Assembly: GCF_001194135.2 (NCBI RefSeq)
Contig: NC_068983.1
Coordinates: forward strand, 115,983,101-116,047,100
Source: Octopus bimaculoides
Taxonomy: Eukaryota
DNA length: 64,000 nucleotides
Direction of reading: 5' to 3'
Shown: positions 1 through 11,079 of the stretch, in pieces
Position numbering within the stretch: position 1 is the stretch's first letter
Layout: every line of letters starts with the position of its first letter
Notes under the pieces: model-generated
Told to the model about the DNA's origin: nothing
Database searches by the model: none
The model's input: the letters and a program-made list of their open reading frames with translations, nothing else
Translations under genes and position numbers: made by a program

Positions 1-38
<38 letters not shown>
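1..38. repeat. (GT)n microsatellite
   Basis: Direct dinucleotide run at the window start; representative of the many (CA/GT), (TA), (GA), (CATA), (GATA), (AAT), (GAT) and (GGT) tracts across the window. Confidence 0.98.
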
Positions 39-41
<3 letters not shown>

Positions 42-344
42 CACACATGCATGCATTCAAATACTCATAACACGTATAAGGTAAGCATCCCAAATTATAA
101 CATGCGTCGCTGCTTATATCAGTGAATTATTCGTCAATATAGTTCCAAAGAACGCTTGGATGGACTGAACATTTCACTGTGATGTGACTTTGTCAGAGAT
201 ACAAGTGCCAGTGGGTTCCCGTTATTCTCATGGTCCATGCAATTGCTAACTTTCCTTCCACATAAAAGTCTCTTTTTAAAAAAGCCATAGAAAAATGCGA
301 TTTATGAACCATGATATCTATTATTTTTAGGCAAGACATGATGG

Positions 345-560
345 TGGATTAGCAGACTCTTGGACCGTAGGCAGTATAAACACAGACTTGTAACAATTAC
401 TCCGGTTCTTTACGTTTGAGAATCAAATCTCGCTGCGGTCGACTTTGCTTTCCAATTTCGGGTTCGATAAAATAGAGTACTAGACAAGTACTAGGGGTCG
501 ATTTAATCAACTCATTCCCAACTGCAAGAGTTCGGGCTTTGTGCCTATGTTAGAAACAAT
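345..560 (+). mobile_element. Degenerate tRNA-derived SINE, family A
   Basis: Matches the 22683-22912 consensus core (gtcgactttgc...cgataaaat..gtac...ggggtcgat) with an AT-rich tail. Confidence 0.75.
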
Positions 561-1400
561 TATATTTTTGTTGTTGCTGTTTTAGATGATGAATATTTGT
601 ACTATTTTTAGTTTTACTGTTCGTATTTCCCATAACTTACATTAGAAGTTAAGTAGAAATTGTATTTCGTGCGTATACGTGCGTGTGCATGTAGATATAT
701 TCGTAGTTTAACATTGCAGTTATTTTTAGCGCAATGCTAAAACGTCACGTAAAGTTTGACTTTCACAAGCATTTATTATTTTAGCATTTGAGGACGTGCC
801 TAACCGGATCCTTAAAGAAGTACCAATCGTATAATAAGATGTCAGATTTTTTTTTTTTAAGTATATCCGTCACCAGACGAAGACTGCTGTGGTTGTCATT
901 GTCTTTCACTGAAACTTCGATACTAAAACGATTACCTGGTGACTTCGTGGATATGGAAATCATCGCTTTCACATTTTTCCTCATAAGAATTAAAAGGGAT
1001 GGGGAGCTTTATCAAGGAAGAGAAACCAGGCTGAAACTCAGTTTGTTTGAAGCATACCACACTAGCCACTTAGAAATTACTTGCAAAAATAAAACGCAAA
1101 ACAAAAACACTTTTAGCTGTCATATAATTTTGCATGATGCAAACTGACAAAAGTTACCAGAATAATATTAATTTAATACAGTTAATGTAAGAAGTAACGT
1201 AAATTAGAATACTTAACAGATACAAGACGCCTCTAATATTTTACACAGGGTGGCAGCGGGCGCTGTAGAGTAAACGGATGGTAAACGGATATTGCTACGT
1301 GGTTCTATACTCTGTTTAAAGATATTTCTCTTTTATATGTGCCGTTAATACTCTTGGGAAAGCCATGAACCTCATAAACTAGATGAAAACAGAAATTATT

Positions 1401-1586
1401 CTGTTCTATGTTTAAGAGATGAGGCATTATTTACATTATTTATATTTGATGGATATTTTGTCCTCATCTTGTTTGTTCTTAACACAACGTTTCGGTTGAT
1501 ATGCCCTCCAGCCCTCATCAGGAGAAATTTCGAACCTGGGTTCTCATTCCTAAGGTACTTTTTCAATGTTGTTGTTGTTGTTATTA

Positions 1587-1635
<49 letters not shown>

Positions 1636-1731
1636 CATTATTATTATTACTATTATTAAGGTCACTGCCTGGAATCGAACTCGGAATCTTGGGGTTAGTA
1701 GCCCGCGCCTTTAGCCACTACGCCATATGTC
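1401..1731 (-). mobile_element. tRNA-headed (AAT)n short element with hammerhead-like tail (family H, copy B)
   Basis: On the minus strand: A-box TGGCGTAGTGG (1715-1725), B-box GTTCGATTCC (1671-1680), an (AAT)n tract, then CTGATGA-G-GGCTG-10nt-CAACC-GAAAC-GTT. The 5' strand of stem I is deleted. Confidence 0.85.
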
Positions 1732-1821
1732 NNNNNNNNNNNNNNNNNNNNNNNNNNNNNNNNNNNNNNNNNNNNNNNNNNNNNNNNNNNNNNNNNNNNN
1801 NNNNNNNNNNNNNNNNNNNNN

Positions 1822-1822
1822 N

Positions 1823-1879
<57 letters not shown>

Positions 1880-2040
1880 CAACAACAACATCGAAAAATA
1901 CCTTAGGAATGAGAACCCAGGTTCGAAATTTTCCCCAAGATACCTGATGAAGGTTGGAGGGCATATCAGCCGAAACGTCGTGTTAACAACAAATAAAATG
2001 AGGACAAATATCCATCAAATATAAATAATTTAAATAATGC
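1822..2040 (+). mobile_element. Family H element, copy A (inverted partner of 1401-1731; head lies in the gap)
   Basis: Reverse-complement match to 1430-1660: (AAT)n, GAAAAATACCTTAGGAATGAGAACCCAGGTTCGAAAT, hammerhead motif and tail. Confidence 0.88.
1939..1984 (+). ncRNA. Minimal type I hammerhead ribozyme motif (Penelope-type)
   Basis: Stem I GATAC(1939-43)/GTGTT(1980-84); core CTGATGA(1944-50); extra A; stem II GGTTG/CAGCC; GAAA(1972-75); loop-less palindromic stem III ACGT; GTC cleavage triplet (1977-79). Confidence 0.75.
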
Positions 2041-2051
2041 AAATAAGAAAT

Positions 2052-2115
<64 letters not shown>

Positions 2116-2169
2116 AAGTTCAGAATTTAAATATCGTCAGGATTGACAATGTAATCATCGATTTCTAAC

Positions 2170-2310
2170 ATAGATACAAAGCCACAAGTTATAAAGGATA
2201 TTTTTCAATTATATCAACAACAATAATTGACTGGTACTTCATTTTATCGACTCTAGAAAATTCACTATAAAATCGACATTGGCGGGATTCGATCTCAGAG
2301 CGTAAAGCAA
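2170..2310 (-). mobile_element. Degenerate SINE family A
   Basis: actggtacttc.ttttatcgac...aaaatcgac.ttggcgggatt matches the reverse complement of the family A core. Confidence 0.65.
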
Positions 2311-3152
2311 CGTCACTAAAATAGTGTTTTAACTAATATAAAAGATCGTTGATTCTATAAATCGATGCAACCAGTCAAAATATTATCAAACATTAAATTG
2401 AATTTTTTTTTATTTACTCAGAGCTGTCCTCTATCCGCCCCATTTATTTATGTTTTACAGTTGTTATATGGTGGAAAAAACCTCTGCAACAAAACTTCAT
2501 CCGTTTTTTCATCTAGCCCAGAGACAAACACGTTGCAATTTTTAAGTACTGATTGTTAAACTCATCTCCAATTTAATCAATTATCAAACCTGATAGCACA
2601 ATCGAGGCACACTGAGTGGCGGGTTCTTCAACTTTGTAGCAGTCTTCTCGTTTGAGAAAATCTTGTATATTTATATACAAGTCAATTTGTATTACTCCAG
2701 TCTATTATAAAATCTGTGGTAGAACTGAGCATTAATTGTTTCGTGAACTTTATCCACGGATTGAATTTTGTTTCATTTCTGCAAGTTTGTAATGGACAAT
2801 TACCCACCCTGAAACATCGACAAGCGAGAGTGGTCAACCAGGGTATTCACCAGAAGGTCTGTTACAATTATATAAACCCCATCGATTCACAATTGTATAC
2901 AATAAGTGGTAAGTATATCGTCTGCATCACTGAAAGTAAACGTCTGCATTTAGAGAGTTTTGAGTTACAATACAGCAATATTTTTACGTATATTACCAGA
3001 TACTCCAAAATAGCTGTTCACATCTATATACATGATAGATTTGTAACACTGAGCTCTCTAATACACATATCAGTGAAAACAGCCTTCTACATTCAATGAA
3101 GTTTTGGATGCTTGGTGATGCTGTAATATGTTTATGTATATTATCAGTGAGT

Positions 3153-3400
3153 GGAGGACGTGGTTTAGTGGTTAGGGTGTCAGCATCATGATCGTAAGAT
3201 TGTGGTTTCGATTCCTGGACCAGGCGACGCGTTGTGTTCTTGAACAAAACACCTCATTTCACGTTGCTCTAGTCCACTCAGCTGGCAAAAATGAGTAACG
3301 CTGCGGTGGACTGGCGTCTCGTCCAGCTAGGGAACACATACGCCATTGAAACCGGGAAACCGAGCCCATGAGCCTGGCTAGGCTTTAAAAGGACGCATTT
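3153..3400 (+). mobile_element. tRNA-derived SINE, family C (V-SINE-like central domain)
   Basis: A-box-like TGGTTTAGTGG, B-box-like GTTTCGATTCC, then ttgtgttcttgaacaaaacac and gcggtggactggcgtctcgtccag, resembling the V/Meta-type SINE core. Confidence 0.75.
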
Positions 3401-4124
3401 ATTATATAAAGCACAAATTTCAATCCCAATCAAGGGTTTTATTGCAACTGCCCAGCAAATGATGTTTATCTCTGTGTGTTTGCAAAACCAGACCCCTATA
3501 AGCAGTAACACGCAGAAAAAACCCCCTCAAAGGTATATGGGCAGAAGGCAGTTCAAGAGCGTTGAGGTTTCGTCAAAAGCAGAAGCCACACGTTGAAGCA
3601 CTCCGTAGTTTCCACGCGCGACAGAGAACTAACTCTCTACCCAATATATTTAGGAAGAAGGACCTGTCACGTTAAGATAGAGAGGGTCGGACATCTTATG
3701 GCTGTTGGACTGTGTTGGACTGTGTTGAAGAGCAGTGACACTCTCGTCGATGTAAAACTGAGGTTTGGGATAACATCAAAGGTCCTCCTACAGATGAAAC
3801 GGGTGACATAGAAAAGATCCCAGGCCTTATCCACTTATCCGAGGAGTGGAGTTGCGTGTTGCAGTTGAGGGTAAAAGGCCCAAGATACCACTTGTTCGAT
3901 GCTGAAAACCACCTAACAGCTTTCTGTCAACAACGAAGTACAGGGATGAGGATACACGTATTAGTGCCAACACTACAGCCCCAACAACAACAGTATCGTA
4001 AAGAAGTAGTAGCAACAAAAACAACACAGACAACTACATCTATAATATCAACACCAGCAGCAGCAACATCAAGAGCAACGATACTAACAGAACTAAAACC
4101 CACCACCCTAGAAATTTTTCAACC

Positions 4125-4163
<39 letters not shown>

Positions 4164-5664
4164 GTTTGANNNNNNNNNNNNNNNNNNNNNNNNNNNNNNN
4201 NNNNNNNNNNNNNNNNNNNNNNNNNNNNNNNNNNNNNNNNNNNNNNNNNNNNNNNNNNNNNNNNNNNNNNNNNNNNNNNNNNNNNNNNNNNNNNNNNNNN
4301 NNNNNNNNNNNNNNNNNNNNNNNNNNNNNNNNNNNNNNNNNNNNNNNNNNNNNNNNNNNNNNNNNNNNNNNNNNNNNNNNNNNNNCAACAAGCTAAATGA
4401 AATACACAATCACAACAGCATCACCAAAAGCCACACTCATACTAAGCACAGATAACCTGGAGGTGGCGCTTAGAGAGGGCATTGCGACTGACGTGCTGGC
4501 GGCGAGATCATTGGCCTTTCGAAGCATGAAGATTGCATTGTCAGAGCTAGGGCACTTGCTCTAAGGCATGAAGAAACGAAAGCTGTTCGAAACACCACGA
4601 TAACAGAAGTGCAACTTGGCAACGATTCGATGCTATTCGAGAGGGCTGTGTGATATTCGATTCCAAGTAGATGTATACGGCCCTTCGGAGTCGATAAAAG
4701 AAGTGCCAGTTAAGCACTGGGCTCAGTATAATCGGACTAACCCACTCCTCATAAAATGTCAGACCTTGCGTTTGTAATAGAAAGAATTATTGTAATAGAA
4801 AGAATTATTATTATAAAAACAAAACTTAAACACAATGTGACGAAGAATAACATCTACAAACAGTTTAAGATTGCTTCAGCTGGTCGATCGAAAACAAAAG
4901 CTATCTTATTACACGGATGTATATAAAATACGAACAGAAACTTTTAAAGAATATTTTATTTTCGTCATGGAAATCTTTGCGGCTCCACCTTTATTTACAT
5001 ATATTTGATTTCATCGACTGAAATTCCCTACTGTGATGCTTGCTATATCATCCTAGAATGTTTCCATTAGAAAGACAGCCGAGCGACAGCACATATTTCA
5101 GTCTTGAAAGTATAATGCTCTTAACCAGTGCCTTTACTTTCCAATGATACTTAATCGCAAAATATAGTTTATTCCACATCATTCATGGGGGTTTCAGTGA
5201 AATATATATTAAATATGATGCTATGCTACGAATACAGCGATAGATCTGTGTATGTTTATACGTGCGTGTGTGTATTTAAATAAACTGAGATAAGTTTCGG
5301 TCAGTATTGGCCTAATTTACTCATCATTTCTCTCTCCCTCTCTCTCTCTCTCTAATTTTGCGCGCGGTCCCAACTAAAATACTGACGTTAAGTGATTGCT
5401 CGTATTACGGAGATCATATCGTTGCTGTACCTTTCTTTGTTGGGAGAAAGCTGCGTATTGAATAAATGAAGCAAACTCACGACCTTCAATATTTATTGCC
5501 GGGCATAATACATTTGGTATTGGTTATTTACAATGAAAGATATTAATAATTGCCGACTGGAAGGATGGAAAACACTGCACCACGTCTATAGGAACTATTT
5601 ATAGGATATTGCGTGAATGTTCAGAACTGGTCTGCCTGTGTAAAAGTCCGAGACTATCTGCTCA

Positions 5665-5850
5665 AGTGCCGGAAGTCATCTGCTTGGTGAGGTGTGTGAA
5701 TCAGTCGGCTGCTCTCAACATTCTGTCTCGTGAACTGGACACCAATCAGTTTATATGTGGCAACAAGAGGGTAAATTCTAGAACACCAGAGAAGCAGTAT
5801 TACGTCACGGCTTCACTCTGATTGGTCGGTTTATAGATCAATCTCGTGAA
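5665..5850. promoter_or_regulatory. Candidate housekeeping-type promoter motif cluster
   Basis: CCGGAAGT (ETS, 5669-76), CCAATCAG (5742), TTACGTCA (CRE/ATF, 5800-07), CTGATTGGTC (reverse CCAAT, 5818-27) and TCTCGTGA twice (5726, 5842), in apparently non-repetitive, CpG-containing sequence. Confidence 0.4.
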
Positions 5851-6413
5851 ATTGTGGTGGCTCACTCGTAGTGCCTAACCGAGTAACTAACGGTTATGGT
5901 TCGACCCCCCCCCCCTCGTTACAATACTTTTGTAGCTTGTGGTATCTCACACCAAACAAAATATTGTAAAAATTGAGGTTCCCCAGGAGACAGCTACCAA
6001 ATAAATAAATGAATAAGTGTCTTCATAAAATACCCAGAGTCTATTCTCTTCGACGGCACCGTGAACGCTGCGTACCATAAAGAAAATATTCCATCGGCGT
6101 TGCCCGAGTAAGACACCGTACTAAACGCCCACTACAGAAATGGAACACAAATCATGTAACGATGTTGCGTTACTACTTTTCTATCTCAGCTAACTCTGCT
6201 CTATTCAATACTATCCTGAACCAGATCAAGGAAGATGTCCCATAACCGTGAAGCGGTATCTGGAAAAATCCTACAACAAATGCAAGATCTCAGGATATGT
6301 TTGGGCAAGAATAGCTGTCTTGTGAGCGGATTCAAGTTTAGCTCCACTGTCTCATGTAGGCATATCAGTATTCACGGATATATAAATGTTCTATTTTTAT
6401 AGCTGGGCATTGC

Positions 6414-6468
<55 letters not shown>

Positions 6469-6664
6469 CTCTTATTTCTGTATTTTGCGATTCTAGAAGT
6501 AGCAGCTAAACCCTCATTCAATCAAATCTTACGGACAATTGTACATATGTATACATGTTTGTATAGGCTAACTCTGGAGCCTTTACTTGATATCTCACTC
6601 TGTTAGAAATAGCAGCCATATTACCCCCCTCCTCCAAAAAAAACTCACCCTCAACTGTTTCATA

Positions 6665-7350
6665 TATCCATATGGGAAAAAAGAGAAGGAAGAGGAGAAA
6701 GAGAACACATGTGGTAAAGGACGACGCACAACCCACACTCACTCGGCTCCCACCCACACCCATTCTACCCCAACCACTCCTACAGACACCAACCCTCCCC
6801 ATACCCCACCTGACATAAACACAAGAACAAACACAGGATCCCCAAATATCCCCACCCCGGCCCATGGATAAATTTGTTATATAACAGGAATAAAGAACAT
6901 TGCAACAAGATAAAGCCATGGAACAAAGCAATAGTAGTGGACATAACAAGTGGAGGGTTGCCCGAGGACGTTTGCTGAGCAGTGGCGGACCCGGAGTACC
7001 TCTCAAGATTGATAAATTACGAATTAGAAACTGATTTCGATTGGTGGGTTACGAAAATGCACACCAGCAAAATACCTCAAAGAGTAAGTTATCCTTACAT
7101 TTTAAAGGAACTGGACATAGACATTTTCCAAAAAAGTGGAAACTAGCTGTCATAAAGGCATTATCAATGGTAGTAAATTAAAAAAAAAAAGGTTGTATCA
7201 ACAGGTTCAATGAAGACGCTCGGAGGTGGGGCCGAGCGGCTTCATTCCATCTTTTCATTATATTCAATTCATCTTTTCAATTCCTTTTGTTTTTTTGTCC
7301 CCACCTTGTGCTGTCCCCTCTATGTACGGCCTTCATGGCTAATTTCATGA
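6665..7350 (+). mobile_element. Tx1/L1-like LINE remnant (ORF1 C-terminal part joined to a 3' UTR-like tail)
   Basis: 6675-6850 is paralogous to 8405-8580, the end of the adjacent gag-like ORF1. It is followed by a decayed coding stretch, a 7-bp hairpin (7217-7238) and a pyrimidine-rich tail. Confidence 0.55.
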
Positions 7351-7369
7351 AATGAAGAAGCTTGCTTCC

Positions 7370-8580
7370 GGTATAGCGTTTGTCAGTTGGATTGTTGGTT
7401 TTGTTTGTTACACACGTGTTTTTTGGGGGGGTTTTTTGCTGTCTTGGCGGTGCGACGTTTTTCCTCTTGTGTAATGGAGGGGCGCCGATTGAGGAGTTAC
7501 GAAAGTTTGAATTGTTCTGTTTCAAACGTTGTAAACTGTCCTTCTTCGGACTTTGTATCGTCTGAGGATAAATAGTGGAGTGTCTAAAGAAGATAGACGA
7601 AGCAATGGAAATAAGGAGTTATGCTGCAGCAACAAAAGAAAAAAGCGAAGACGTGAGGCTGGAAGATGTGAACAAGTTCAAGGGAATGCTTTAAAGGGAG
7701 GGGAACGAAGTAAAGGTGTTCCTCCCCCACAAAGAAGTTTTAAAGGCAGCAGTAGAAAGAACAATAATCTACTGAACATACTCAGTGGCTGCAAGGAAGA
7801 TCGAGATCATGTCAACGACCCAAATAGAATTGGCACTGAGACCAATCTGGCAAGGGATTTCCTACCTTGCCAGAGGAAAGAAGTTTGGAACGGTGGAGGT
7901 ACAGTTCAGAAAGGTAGCTACCGCCAGGTTGCACTCATCAACATCGCTGAAAACAAATGAGGCGGTTCTTCTACCCGTATACCTTAGGAGACGTACTTTC
8001 AGGGTTAGGGTGGAGGAAATACCCCCAGAAGTGGATGTAACCTGGCTGGTGGCTGCCATGAAGGAGAACACCCCATAGGAACTGGCAGGCACAAACCCTT
8101 GATATGGTAGTGCATAGAAGTTGCGGAAGAAGAAATTGAAAAGATGGCCGAGACCGTCACAGTCGGAGAGACAATATTGAAAGTCAGAGTGGAAGGGAGG
8201 ATTCCTTGGTGCTATAAATGTGGCCTTTCAGACCACATTAGAGCGGATTGTCCTCCACCACTAGAAAAGGCTAAGAAGAGACAGAGTGGAAAAGTGATTG
8301 GTACTCCACTGCCCGTGGAGGAAAAACAAAGTGATGTGGCATCACAGACGAAAACAAGTACCAGCGTCGAGGAAGAGGAAGCGAATACCAGCTTAGAAAT
8401 GGTGGGGAAAAAAGAGAAGAAAAAGGAGAAAGAGGACACACGTGGTAAAAGATGACCCCCAACCCACACCCACCCGGCCCCCACCTACATCCACTCTACC
8501 CAACCACTCCCTACAAACACCAACCCTCCCCATGACATAAAAACAAGTGCAAACACACAGGAGCCTCAAACTTACCCACC
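7370..8580 (+). pseudogene. Tx1/L1-clade LINE ORF1 (RRM-like region plus CCHC zinc knuckle), frameshifted
   Basis: ORFs 7785-8078 and 8144-8455; CYKCGLSDHIRADC fits CX2CX4HX4C; basic K/E-rich C-terminus; truncated by the gap. Confidence 0.75.
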
Positions 8581-8725
8581 CCCACCCTCGAAGGAAGTAC
8601 NNNNNNNNNNNNNNNNNNNNNNNNNNNNNNNNNNNNNNNNNNNNNNNNNNNNNNNNNNNNNNNNNNNNNNNNNNNNNNNNNNNNNNNNNNNNNNNNNNNN
8701 NNNNNNNNNNNNNNNNNNNNNNNNN

Positions 8726-8761
<36 letters not shown>

Positions 8762-9214
8762 ATGTCACGGATACAGTCTGGTCAGTTTTGTCTCATCCGG
8801 CAGAATTGTAAATTCTGGAATTTCCTCCAGTTCTGGTGGTATGGCTTGAATTGTCGCCACACTAGTTTTGTACTTTTTTCTCTTCGAACTCCAGCAGTGT
8901 CACCTTCTCCTTCATATTGGAGTAAGCGGCTGCCAGAAGCCGTGAGTAAATTAAAAACATTCCGAGCCGAATCCGGGCGTGCAATCCTGAAATTTTGGAT
9001 TCCTAAGTTTTCTTTACTGCAATTGTTTTCGCCGATTTTTTTTTTTACATGATTTTTTTCGACGAATATGATTCTGAAGGAAACAACTGCAACAAATTCT
9101 CCAAAACAAGTCAGAAATCTGTGTGCAGATCTTCCCATTCGAGGTAAGTTGCTTAAAAGTATATACTAGCTTAAAAGTCGCCCGATAGGCTACTTTCAGT
9201 TTCTGTCTACCATA

Positions 9215-9312
9215 TCTATTCACGAGGCTTTGATCGACCCGAGGCTATAGTAGAAAACACTACTACTGAACCCGGAACTACGTGGTTGGGAAGTGAACTT
9301 CTTACCATACAG
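9215..9312 (-). mobile_element. SINE family B 5' fragment
   Basis: Reverse complement of the head at 25601 (ggtaagaagttcacttcccaaccacgtagttccgggttcag). Confidence 0.8.
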
Positions 9313-9886
9313 TGTATGTAGTTTTTTATGAAAACTGAAACTCAAGTCTCTTTTACAACAGGTATTGAGCACTTCTCTTTCATTCGTCCGACATTAAGCA
9401 ACGTACATATGTGTGTGTGTACACAGACATACACGCACACACACACACGCACATATATATACACGTACATATATATATATATATACACATACATATATCT
9501 ATATCTGTAGATATCTCTCTATATATATTTATGTATATTACAATTAAAAGGGTAAAGGTTTATCTATTTATTAATTTATTAATAAATTAACAATTAATAA
9601 TTTTTACCAAGCCCTTCGGTATGTAAACACCATTATCGGTGGAGAACTCATTTAAAAGTTCTTATACATTTATAAACATAATTAAGGGATCAGCAAAACA
9701 ATTGCTTCACCACATACCGAAGTTCAGTATGANNNNNNNNNNNNNNNNNNNNNNNNNNNNNNNNNNNNNNNNNNNNNNNNNNNNNNNNNNNNNNNNNNNN
9801 NNNNNNNNNNNNNNNNNNNNNNNNNNNNNNNNNNNNNNNNNNNNNNNNNNNNNNNNNNNNNNNNNNNNNNNNNNNNNNNNNNNNNN

Positions 9887-9921
<35 letters not shown>

Positions 9922-10449
9922 TTAAAATGAATTGAAAACTGATTTCGGTCCGGTATTTTCTAAGTAGATTCAAATATAAAGTTCTTGCTGTTTTTTTGTT
10001 TTTTGTTTGTTTTTTTTAACTTCCGCCCTAAAACTGGAAGTAGTTCCGGCTAGAAAAGAACGGAAGTGCCGTTCACAGGATTTAACATTAGGTTGTACTG
10101 ACCACTTCAGAAAAATGCCACCGAAAGGTCACTTTCGTTTTAGTACGTCTACTTTCCCTCTTTTATACTTGACTTATGATGTTAAGGACAAACACTAATG
10201 TTTAGGAGAACAGAAAAAAAAGAAAAGAAAATGAGAAAGAGAAGAAAAGGAGAAAGAAAGAAACACGTGACCTAGAAGTTAAAAGGAAATCCCATAAGAA
10301 ATAGATTTAGTTATCTTGATTATTTTTGTACACTTTCATTCATTGAGATTTTCTGTAAGTTGTAGATATTTTATAAATATAGACAGAGTTTGACCTCATC
10401 AGGTCATGTCTTGTAAATCCTCATATCTGATTTGTCCATATTTCCACAT

Positions 10450-10910
10450 ACATACATACATACATATCTATCTATCTATCTATCTATCTATTTATTATAT
10501 ACACCCATACAAATATATACACATATGTACGTACATTCATACGTATATACATACACACATACATATGGTCATACATACATACATACATACATACATATAG
10601 TGTGTAGTAGTATGCGTGTGAGTGGTATGTATATATATATGTATACATACATACATACATACATACATACATACATACATAAACTCACACTGACAGTTAT
10701 ATATACACGATTTTGTCTTCGCATGCATACATTCAGTTATTTGTATGTATTTGTGTATATGTGTGTACGCGCGTGTATGCATCTGTCTGAGTTTGCACGC
10801 GTATGTGACGTGAAATCTTTTTCGATGAAATACTCTCGTACAAGTATACGCAAGTAGGTACTTTCGTACAGAAGCACCGACATGTACAAATTCATGCATA
10901 TATTTTTTTA

Positions 10911-10955
<45 letters not shown>

Positions 10956-11014
10956 ATGTGTATGCGTGCGTTCATGACTCAATGTGTTTTTATTGTTGCA
11001 TGATTAGAAGCAGC

Positions 11015-11078
<64 letters not shown>
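10450..11078. repeat. Compound microsatellite block (CATA, TATC, GT, GATA)
   Basis: Direct; explains the H/T/Y/I- and C/V/M/Y-rich spurious ORFs. Confidence 0.95.

Positions 11079-11079
<1 letters not shown>

Noticed and set aside
1566-1665. (AAT)n-spaced repeats as a CRISPR-like array
   Set aside because: Eukaryotic context, no regular repeat-spacer periodicity and no cas genes; explained by family H elements.
2440-2560. RRM-like peptide NVFVSGLDEKTDEVLLQRFFPPY on the minus strand
   Set aside because: Only about 35 codons between stops, no RNP1 motif and no convincing splice sites.
2590-2910. Candidate exons (minus 2590-2661; plus ending at the GTAAGTAT donor near 2910)
   Set aside because: Both rely on AAG acceptors with weak pyrimidine tracts and give no recognisable peptide; the region may be an old transposon.
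8762-8990. Protein-like minus-strand frames (MKEKVTLLEFEEKK / IQAIPPELEEIPEF)
   Set aside because: Requires a frameshift and matches no family I recognise.
10391-10410. CTGATGA on the minus strand within a small hairpin
   Set aside because: No stem II closure or GAAA downstream; not a hammerhead.
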